Assembly: GCA_013416795.1 (NCBI GenBank)
Contig: RQSC01000518.1
Coordinates: 1-63,367 of the forward strand
DNA length: 63,367 nucleotides
Direction: 5' to 3'
DNA from: Prasinococcaceae sp. CCMP 1430
Lineage: Eukaryota; Plantae; Prasinodermophyta
Shown piece after piece: positions 54,955-63,367 of the stretch (position 1 is its first letter; each line of letters opens with the position of its first letter). Both the position numbers and the translations under genes were made by a program. The notes beneath the pieces were generated by a model. It did no database searches. It saw only the letters and a list, made by a program, of their open reading frames with translations, and was not told the origin of the DNA.

Positions 54955-55929
54955 ATGCCCACCGTCGCGCAGCTGCGAGCGCAGCTCAAGGCACGTGGGC
55001 TGCGGACCGATGGCCTCAAACGCGAGCTCGAGGCGAGGCTCGCTGCAGCCCCGCCCGGTGCGGGGCGTGGCACGGCGATAGACGATGGCGGTGCAATCGG
55101 TGCACCCGGACGGGAGGGGATGGAGGAGGATGCGTCGGACGAGAGCGAGAGGGAGGAGGAAGAGCAGGACCAAGATTCGGAGCAGCAAGGGGAGGGCAGC
55201 GACGACGGCGAGGAGCTCGACATCGACGCACTCGCTGCCGCAGCAGGGGCGGCCATGCGGGCACGCCTCGTTGCCACCGGGCTCAAGCCGCGCAAAAAGG
55301 GCGCGCGTGCATGCGCCACGGCCGAGGAAGCGGCGGAGCACGCGTGGTCGCCGGACCTGCGCGGCGTGTTCGGTGCACGTTCAGGACGTCGCCCGTCGCG
55401 GCAGGCACCTGACGCCGACTGCGCGGCCGGCAAGAATGGCGTTGGAGACGACCCCAGCGTGCTCGCGGCGGTCGACGACGCTTCCAACAGTAAGGCGGAG
55501 CGAAAGCGCCGTCGCCAGGCGGAGCGCGCGTGGCACGAGCTTCCGGAGCAGACGCTCACGCCCGCTCTCAAGCGCGAGCTGCGCCTGCTCAAGCTGCGCT
55601 CGGCAGCCGACCCCAAGCGCTTCTACAAGCGCAACGACTCGACCAAGCTGCCGACTCGCTTTGCGGTGGGCACCGTCATCGAGGGCGCCACCGAATTCTA
55701 CTCGGCTCGCCTCACCAAGAAGGAACGCAAGCAGACCATGGCCGAGGAACTGCTTGCTGACAAGCGCCTGCGCGCCTACCGCAAGAAGCGCGTTCTGCAA
55801 CAGCAGGCCGCCGCTGGTGGCGGCGGCGTGCGCAAAAAGCCGCGCGCGCAGAAGCGCGGTAGCTCCAAGGCCACGGGGAGCGCGTTCAAGCGCGAGCAAA
55901 AGAGGGCCGCAAAGGCTGCAAAGAAGTAG
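54955..55929 (+). CDS. FCF2: Fcf2/DNTTIP2 pre-rRNA processing protein with N-terminal SAP domain
   Basis: TVAQLRAQLKARGLRTDGLKRELEARL (SAP); WHELP...LKRELRLLKLRSAADPKRFYK...FAVGTVIEGATEFYSARLTKKERKQTMAEELL. Confidence 0.92.
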   Translation: MPTVAQLRAQLKARGLRTDGLKRELEARLAAAPPGAGRGTAIDDGGAIGAPGREGMEEDASDESEREEEEQDQDSEQQGEGSDDGEELDIDALAAAAGAAMRARLVATGLKPRKKGARACATAEEAAEHAWSPDLRGVFGARSGRRPSRQAPDADCAAGKNGVGDDPSVLAAVDDASNSKAERKRRRQAERAWHELPEQTLTPALKRELRLLKLRSAADPKRFYKRNDSTKLPTRFAVGTVIEGATEFYSARLTKKERKQTMAEELLADKRLRAYRKKRVLQQQAAAGGGGVRKKPRAQKRGSSKATGSAFKREQKRAAKAAKK

Positions 55930-56885
55930 GCGAGCCCTGGAACCTTCGCGAGCCTGAGGTACCACAGACATGCAGCGCGGTGCCGAAGGAGGCATGGCTG
56001 CTGCTGTGTGCTCCTGCCGCCGCTGCTGCCACTGCCGTTGCCGCCAGAGGAGCCCGCTCGCACGTGTATAGTCACTATGTATACCATCGATGCGTCGTAC
56101 TTCTAGCTAGCTCTAGCTAGTAGAGAGTCCTGCTGTGCCAGGCAGGCCTTGCTGCTGCCCAGCGACGCATCGCGCCAAGTACTCTGCACGACACGACTGC
56201 ACGTACCGTAAACCCGCCATGCTTTTGGGTACCGTAGCGGTTCGCAGGTTCGGCCAGCCGGGCGCATGTGCACGCGCACCTCATGGTGCACCGGAGGCAG
56301 GACCACACGCGCGTGCGTGCGCGCCCCGCAGGGCGCTGGCAGGTGGGTGGGGGAGGCACGCCGCGCTTCCAGCGGCGCCAGAGAGAGGTGCAGCGGGCGC
56401 GATTGGTTGCCTGGCGCCGCACATGGCCGTCCGGCTGCGGCCACGCGCATGCGCGGTGGGGGCCAGGCGACGAGCACGGCCACGCAGCGGGGCACATCCG
56501 CATGGGCATGACCGGCGGCGAGAGCGGCGCCAGCCGGGCAAAGGAGAGCTGCGGCGAGCTGCGGAAGCCACCGACGAGCGAAGCCCTTGCATGACTCGGC
56601 GCGCTGGCGTCGCGGGTGGAGCGCTCGCCACCAGCGCTGCGGTCGCCGCCGCGCTGAGCACGCGCATGGCTGCTGCCGCGGGCGCGTGCGACGTGGGAGA
56701 CGTGTCGCTGGCGGCAGAGACGAAGACGGTGCGGGCGCAAGCATGCGCCGCGCTCGCGGCGCGCGTGCGCGCGCGCTGTTCGAGCGTCGCCTGCTCACAC
56801 CTGTGTACGTGCGCATTCCTTCGCTCGTGCATGCACCGGCACCGCGCGCGCGCGCGCGCAGCCCGGCGCGTACAGCTCGCCATGC

Positions 56886-57495
56886 ATGGAGCTCCCGCAG
56901 CGCACGTTTGTGCGCGGAGGGCGCGAATTGGTGGTGGAGCAGCGGCTGGGGTCGACAGGCAGTGCCGCACGCCGCACGGGCATCGCCGTGTGGGAGAGCT
57001 GCGCAGTTCTCACCGCATACCTCGACGCCGCCGAGCAGCGTGAGCACGGCCGCGTGTCAGGCGCACGCGTACTCGCACTCGGCAGCGGCGTGGGGCTGGA
57101 TGTGCTCACTGCGCACGCGCTGGGCGCGGCGGCTGCGCTTGCCACCGATGCCAACGACGAGGCGCTCGCGCTCGCGAGTGCCAACGCGGAGCGCTACAGT
57201 GCCACACTTGATGCGGACGAGCTGGTCCAGGTCAGTGGTGCCCAGCGGCGCCGCCACCCGACCCATGCCGCCGTGCGTTGCATGGTCGCAAGTGCTGACG
57301 GATGCGCTGGCGTGCGCTGTCGCGCAGCGCCCACTGGGCGTGCGCCGCCTACGCTGGGGCGTCTTCGAGGACGTTGACGCCGTGCTCGACGGTGGCGCGT
57401 ATGACTTGTTACTGGGCTCGGACCTGACGTACAACCCGAACGCCTGGCCGCAGCTGGTGAGCACGGTGGTGACGCTGCTCGAGGCTGCAGAGGAG
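56886..57495 (+). CDS. Family-16 (METTL21-like) protein methyltransferase, 3'-partial; intron 57231-57327; cut by N at 57605
   Basis: TGIAVWESCAVL, VLALGSGVG, ATD, LRWG, YDLLLGSDLTY. Confidence 0.8.
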
Positions 57496-57605
57496 GTACG
57501 AGCTGTGCGCGCGTGCGTTCGGTCTGCATCGCGCGGCCGCGTGGCAACTGCGGCGCGACCGGCGCCGCAGCGCGCGCGCGCGGCGCGCCCTGACGCGCGC
57601 CGCGN

Positions 57606-58432
57606 CCCGCGCGCCGGCAGGCACGTCGACAGGGCGCTCTGCGACGCGGGCGCCGGCGGCGCGCATCGCGTCCGCGAAGCGCGCTCGCTGCGTGCGCTCG
57701 GCACGGTCGCCCACGACGAGGAGCTTGTCTCCGCGGGCCGGGCCGGCGAGCGAGCCGTCAGGCGCGCGCTCCAGGCCCAGCAGCAGCAGCACCGCCTCTT
57801 CCAACGGGCCCACGCCTTCCGGGTCGTACAGCACGTCGCTCATCGCCACGACGTCGAACGGCTCGCGCACGTCCGCCTCGAGCGTCCAGTCGAAAACTTC
57901 GGCGCGCACGCGGCCGCCGGAGCGCCGGCTGCAGAGCGCGCCCGCGCCGGCGGCGGCGACGCCCGCGACATCGCTGCTGCTGGCGCTGGCGCCGCTTTCC
58001 GCGGCGACGCTCCCGTCGCTGCTGCCCCCCTCCCCCGCGTCTGTGACGGCGGCGCCCGACGACACAGCTCCAAGCAGCGCGCAGTGCAACGCCGCCGGCT
58101 CGTAGTCGAGGAGCACGACGTCCTCGGCGCCGCCGTGCAGCGCCGCGGCGACGCCCACCACACCGAGGCCCGCGCCGAGCTCGGCGACGCGCTTGCCCTC
58201 ACAGCAGCGAGAGGCGACGACCTCGCTGGCGAGCGCCGCGCCCGCCGGCCACACGTCCCCCCAGAACGGGTCGGCGTCGACGTTGCCGCAGTCGGCGTAC
58301 CACTCGTAGAGCTCGTCGCAGCTGCTGGGCTTGTGCAGCTTGAGCGCGGCGCCGCCGGGGAGGCCGAGCGGCAGCTCGACGTCGACGAGCGGCGGCAGGG
58401 GCGTGCGCACGAACGCCGCCCGCGGCGGCGCG
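57606..58432 (-). CDS. Second family-16 methyltransferase (partial, bounded by single-N joins)
   Basis: DPFWGDVWPAGAALA, VAELGAGLGVVG, VLLDY, FDW, FDVVAMSDVLYD. Confidence 0.8.
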
Positions 58433-58433
58433 N

Positions 58434-58765
58434 GCGTGGCAGTGGTCTGGCCCGACCTCGGCGCTCATCTCTCGGTACAGGATGTCGATAGCGTCGGCGG
58501 CCGCCCGCCAGCGGCCCTCGTCGAAGCCAGCGGGTTTAAGCGCGGCGATCTCTGCGGGCGTCTTGGGATCGGGCCCGACATCCAGCATCAGGTGTTGGAA
58601 GCGCCGCGTGTAGTCCTCGTTGTTCGCATCGGCGGCGTACGCCCTGGCGACCTTGGCTGCGTCTGCCTCGCACTGCGACAGCTGCTGCGTTCCGAACGGC
58701 GACGCCGCAGGCGCCGGAGCCCCAAACACGCCGCCCCCCGCGGCGGCCGGCGGCGCGCTCCCGGC
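58434..58765 (-). other. NUP54: Nucleoporin Nup54-like internal fragment
   Basis: FG motifs (VFGAPAPAASPFG) followed by AYAADANNEDYTRRFQHLML...KPAGFDEGRWRAA, resembling the plant Nup54 segment after the FG region. Confidence 0.6.
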
Positions 58766-58780
58766 GCGTGGCGCCTCCAG

Positions 58781-60002
58781 CTGACCGAGCTCGGCAAGGC
58801 GAGCGGCGCGTACGCAACGGTCGCCGGCCGAAGCGAGGGCAATCTGTCCGACGTCCTCGCCGCACTGCCGGAGCTGGGCACCTCCATCGCCGAGGTGCGG
58901 CGATATGCGCTGCAGGCCGTCGAGGAGCCGTTCTCGCAGCCGCTGCCGGCGTACCCCGTGCGCAAGAAGCAGCGCGCGCAGCCCACCTTCCGCTCGACGA
59001 AAAAGGAGGCAGGGGAGGAGCACGTCCCGCCGCCCTCGGTGCCTGTTCCGGACTACTTCCCCATTCTCCCGCGGCCACACACGTACAGGTCCACGCCGAC
59101 GTACGACCCGGCGCGCAAGGCGCAGCGCACGATCGTGCTCGAGCAGGCCGCCACCAAGAAGCACGCCGAGCGCGCGCTCGTGCGGCTCGAAGGCGCGACG
59201 GTCGCGGCGCTCGAGAGGGAGCAGCGCAAGGCGGAGGACGGCGTCGACGCCGACCTCATCAAGGTGAGCCCCGCTCATGGCGCCCGCGCACACCCCTCAG
59301 CCCGGCCGCCGCGCCCCCTCCTCGCCCTCGACGCGCGCGGTGATCGACAACCGACCTCATTACATTTCGGTCCGAGATGGGCGGATTCAAACCCGCGACC
59401 ATCTCTGAGTGACTCCACATGTTTTCAGCCTTGTCTGAGCGCACGCGTGGCACGCCCGCCATCCGTGAGCGCGCGCACGCCCCGCGCCGAAGCTGACGAG
59501 CTCACGACGCACCCATCCACCACCCGCGCGCGCCCAGGGGAACCCGCTGCTCGCGGCGAGCGGCGACGCGGACGGCGGACGCGGGCGCGAGGTGGCCGCC
59601 TTCGCCCTGGCCACGCAGCAGATCGAGTCGCTGCTCGAACAAGCCAGCGGCGCTGCGGCCAAGGGCGCCGCGGGCGACGGCGGGCGGCAGCGGCAAGGGC
59701 AGCGCGCAGGCGACGCTGCGGGCCCGTCGCAAGACGAGAAGAGACCTGCGCCGCTGCCCGCCGGTGGCGTGCCCGCGGTGGCGTTCACGCCGCTGTGGGA
59801 CTCTCGGCTCGGAAGGCGCCCCGCGTCTGCGCTGCGAGCGGCCGCCGCGGGCGGCGGGAGCGCTCAGGTGTTCGACGGCGAGGACGAGGAGCGCCACACG
59901 CGCATCCTCGGCGAGGAGGCGGAGAACATGGTCAAGGACGCCAAGGCGGTCATGCAGGCCGGCCGAGAGCAGCGATTTGTGCGCGACAGGACAACCACGT
60001 GA
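58781..60002 (+). CDS. TAF8: TFIID subunit TAF8, 5'-partial; intron 59264-59537
   Basis: LTELGKASGAYATVAGRSEGNLSDVLAAL (end of BTP histone fold), PFSQPLPAYPV, VPDYFPILPRPHTYRSTP...AERALVRL (TAF8_C), spliced GNPLL. Confidence 0.8.
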
Positions 60003-60324
60003 TGCGTGGGGAATGATTCGTGCGGGGCGTCGTAACTCGCGTGCACGTTGTACAGTCTCTGCCGGTCACTCGACGGGGGGGGACAGGGGCGCCGAGCGCG
60101 CGCGCGCGCGCGCGCGCGCGCTCGTGCCCCTCTCTCTGTCTCACGCCGCGACGACACGGGCGGGGGGATCGATCGACGCCCATTTCCCGGACTGCCGGTG
60201 TCAATTGCGCCGCGCCGCTTTTTTGCGACGGCGGCGCCGCCCGCGCGGCGAAGCATCGAATCGAATGCATTAGGGGATCGGAGAGGGTTCGTCGAAGCGT
60301 TTGCCTGTGTTTTGATGAAGAGGA

Positions 60325-60335
60325 TGCCCATAGTC
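60325..60335 (+). promoter_or_regulatory. Possible USE/PSE-like upstream element of the U6 gene (TGCCCATAGTC)
   Basis: CCCATA core about 38 nt upstream of the U6 start, followed by AT-rich TTATTTGAAAA. Resemblance to snRNA upstream elements is from memory. Confidence 0.35.
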
Positions 60336-60364
60336 ATATGCGTAGTTATTTGAAAACCCAAACT

Positions 60365-60466
60365 GTGACTATGTCACATTATCAAAATGGAAACAAAAAC
60401 AGAGAAGATTAGCAAGGCCCCTGTGTAAGGATGACTCTTGACAAATCGGTCGAGTTTCCAACGTTT
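60365..60466 (+). ncRNA. U6: U6 spliceosomal snRNA, divergent variant
   Basis: 5' hairpin GTGAC-TAT-GTCAC; ACAGAGA box 60399-60405; AGC triad 60411-60413; ISL AGGCCCCT-GTGTA-AGGATGACT; TGGAAAC (60388-60394) complementary to GTTTCCA (60454-60460); about 102 nt. Confidence 0.88.
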
Positions 60467-60882
60467 CGCTCGCCCACGGGCGAGCCGCGGACTTGGTCCC
60501 ACCCGCGTGTCGGGCTGGGGCGACCGGCATTCCTGTGCACACTCCGGCGACCCGGAGCCAGCGCTTGCTTTGTTTCGATTCTCTTTTTTTTTTTTTTTGG
60601 AAAAGGGGGTTGCGGCTCCTTTTTTTTTTTTTTCCAGTCCCCCCCTTCTCGCGCGCGGTCTTCTCTGCGTGCTGGTCCGGGGATCGATTCTGCGTGACTC
60701 CTCGGAATTCCCCGACGGACCGACCGGCGCGCGGCGCAGCGCGGGACCCGCGCGCCGCGGCGCCCTCTCCGGCCGGGCACCGGTGGTACATACTGTATGG
60801 TCTGAGGCCACCCCGACTGTTGTGATTACATCACCCCCATGCGGCGCTGGTGACCAGCCGCGCCGGGCGGCTGGCTGGCGTC

Positions 60883-62571
60883 TCACACCCCCGCTCCTCC
60901 TCCCCCCACCGCCGTCCCCCCTTCCGCCCGCTTTCTTGCTCGTCCGCCGCCGCCGCCGTCGCTCCTCTCCCGATCGTGGTCGGGGTCGTGCTTGTGCGAC
61001 CGCTTGCGCTTCTCGTCCTTCCCCCCGGACGTCTTGCCCGACTTGCGCTTCTTGGGCACGACGGTTTTGGCCTCCTCCTCCGCGACGGCCGCCAGCTCGG
61101 GGCGCACCCCGCGCAGCCGGAGCAGCCACTTGCCGGCCATTTTCGGCCGCGAGTGCAGGCTCGCGCGCCAGCAGCGCACGAAGTTTTCGCTCGAGCAGAA
61201 GTTCTGCGTGACCGCGACGGTGGGCTCGAGGTTGATGACGGCGTGCCACCAGCCATCGGGCACGAAGATGGTCTCGCCCGCGTGCTGCACGAGCTCCACG
61301 GGCGGCGCTATCTCCCCCTCGTCGGCCGCGCGGCGCAGCCGCGGCAGGATCTTCGAGAACCACACCGCCGCCTCGTCGCCCTCGCCGGACGGGTCCACCA
61401 GCGCCTTGGGCGTGTCCGGCGGCAGCAGGCACCAGCGCTTCGAGCCGCTGATCACCGTGTTCCACGCGGCGGTCGCCAGCGGGTCCACGTGCGCCCACGT
61501 CCCCGCGCGTGGCCCGCCGATGACCAGCCAGCGGTACGGCGGCCGGCGGCCCTCGCCCACGTGCTGGAAGAGGTCCTCGCTGAAGAGGTGCGGCACGCGA
61601 AAGTCGTCCAAGAGCGCGGCCGTCGACTTGCCGTCCTCGGAGAACGTCGAGTCGAACAGGTACATGGGCGCGTCGTCGCGCTGGTGGGCTGCGAGTGCGC
61701 CGCGCACGCGCGCGGCGGATGCGATTGGTTGCGGGGTGGTTCGGGGGTGGCGGTGGCACAGTCAGCGGCGTGCGGCCGCAGCCCGAGCGGGCGCAGCGGC
61801 GGCGGCGAGGCGCAGCGGCTTCGCCGCCAGGGCGTACCTCGGTCGAAGAGATAGTAGCAGAAGTACTTGAACTTGAGCCGCACCGGGTACCCCTCGTCGT
61901 CCTCCCCGACCTTCAGGCGCGCCTCGGCGTAGCGCGCGCGCAGCCGCTCGAGCGACCACTCGCCGTCGCGATACGCCGCCCAGTCGTCGGCGAGGTGGGT
62001 CAGCACGCACGGCGTGCGCCGCCGCTCGAACCGCGCCGCGAACTCGCCAGCGTCCAGCCGGCGGCCGTCGAGCACCGGCACCTGCGGATGCGCGCGCGCC
62101 GGTGCGCGCGCGGCCGTGAGGCACGGCTCATCCGCGAGGCCCATCTGCGCCCACGCGCGGTCGGGAGCGATGTCAGTCTTTATCTCCTTCTTGGCGTCGC
62201 GTATGCGCGCCTCCACCTTGGGGAGTCGCAGGCCGTCGGGTTGGAGGGCGGTCGGGTGCGCGGGATGGGAGGGGCATGCGAGGGGCGCGCGGGTCAGCGC
62301 GCTTGCCTCGCCCGCTGCTGATGCAGCGCCGCGCCGGGGCACTCGCGGCCTCGGTGGGGCTCTCGTGACGGCGGCGCACCTGTGCGCGGTAGTCGCTTCT
62401 CTGCAAAGCCAGATCGAAGCGCTCCGATGGTGGTGCGAACACGGGCGCTAGGAGCGGCTGTGCAGCGGGCGCTTGCTTGCCCGGGCACGCGTCGGCTGAA
62501 GCGGTGGCCGGCACCGCCTCAGCGAGTCCGCCGCGCCCGACGACGGCGGCCGCCGCGTGCTGCTGACACAT
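60883..62571 (-). CDS. JMJD6: JMJD6/PSR-type JmjC hydroxylase/demethylase; introns 62217-62379 and 61689-61837
   Basis: RIRDAKKE, KVGEDDEGYPVRLKFKYF, DDAPMYLFDSTF, RRPPYRWLVIGGPRAGTWAHVDPLATAAWN, GETIFVPDGWWHAVINL, AVTQNF; TGTAA (minus strand) at 60826-60830. Confidence 0.92.
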
Positions 62572-62736
62572 TCTGGCCGGCCAGGCGCGTGTGCAGGATC
62601 GCGGCGGAGGGCTGGAGGTTGCGCGGTGGCCGCGGCGCGCGCGTGCGAGCCTCGGAGTCCCTGCTCCCCGCGCACCGCCACCGCCTCGTCGGCTGCCGCT
62701 CGCGGCCTGCGGCGCCCGCCCTCCGCGGGCGAGCCA

Positions 62737-62814
62737 CGCGAGGGCAAGTACATACAGCCCATCGACGCCCGAGCCGAGCGCGCTCCACGCCGCGCCGTCC
62801 CACTTGGCGATACC
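62737..62814 (-). other. Single bacterial-type beta-propeller repeat unit (IAKWDGxxWSALGSG)
   Basis: GIAKWDGAAWSALGSGVDGLYVLALA in ORF 62173-62829, in-frame with JMJD6 exon 1. Confidence 0.6.
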
Positions 62815-63367
62815 CACCCCCCTCCACACCGCACCGTTGCTCCGCTCCGTGTGCCTGCCGCCAGCAGGCGGTGGTGGCGCGCCGGCGGCTGCTCTGTGTC
62901 ATCCGCCACACTGAATGTACTGACTGACTTTCCTCCATGCGTGCTCCGACCGACCGAGCCTCCCGACGAGCCCCCGCGCCTGCGCACTTTTCCCGGTCGA
63001 CTGGGCCGCGAATCCACCGCGGCGCGCCGGGATCGCGCGGACGCGTTCCGCGCGAAGCGGGGACCTCCATCGAACGCGCAGCCGCCGACCCACCGGCATG
63101 CATGCAAATGTACCTGGTACAGTGTACAGTACAAACAACTGTACGTACAGTGTGATGAAGAAGTAAGTGCGTGTTGGCAGCCTTCGACGGCCCCCGCCCG
63201 CCGCCGCCACCGCCACCGCGCCCCACCACACGGCGCGCACCGCCATGGGCTCCGGAGCGCCGCGCAGCAGCCATTCCACGCGCCACAGGCTCAGCCGCAG
63301 GTGGCCGCGCGCCGCGCCGCCAACGCGCGGCGGCAGCGCCGCGCCCTCGATGGGCGGCGGGAAACAC

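Noticed and set aside
1-63367. CRISPR array, transposase/RT/integrase genes, viral hallmark genes, introner-like repeated introns
   Set aside because: No regularly spaced repeat-spacer array and no mobile-element or viral motifs in the ORF track. The introns I compared by eye share only splice and branch motifs.

Overview
Gene-dense, very GC-rich eukaryotic nuclear DNA from a green alga. The evidence is short GT-AG spliceosomal introns (mostly GTGCGY donors), TGTAA poly(A) signals after many stop codons, and green-lineage plastid genes (PPD2, ClpF, PPH1/TAP38). A prasinophyte-grade alga is my inference, not a determination. About 33 protein genes or gene fragments are present: NEK kinase, claudin-like tetraspan protein, pseudophosphatase-P4H fusion, JmjC-TPR, EF-hand protein, INO1, CBP80, BCAT, PPD2, tandem retropepsin, DPH5, purple acid phosphatase, Pol lambda, D-glutamate cyclase, leishmanolysin, M20 amidohydrolase, ClpF, LETM1-like protein, ABCI20, PPH1, guanylate kinase, FCF2, two family-16 methyltransferases, Nup54 and TAF8 fragments, and JMJD6. 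The most striking signal is a strongly divergent but structurally compensated U6 snRNA gene at 60365-60466. It keeps the catalytic core but has lost the METTL16 consensus, and it predicts co-diverged U4/U2 partners. Two short, bacterial-looking coding fragments sit in-frame at the 5' ends of host genes. The assembly is imperfect (one 327-N gap, three single-N joins, orphan gene fragments), so chimeric features may be artefacts. All family assignments come from motif recognition by eye; no searches were run.
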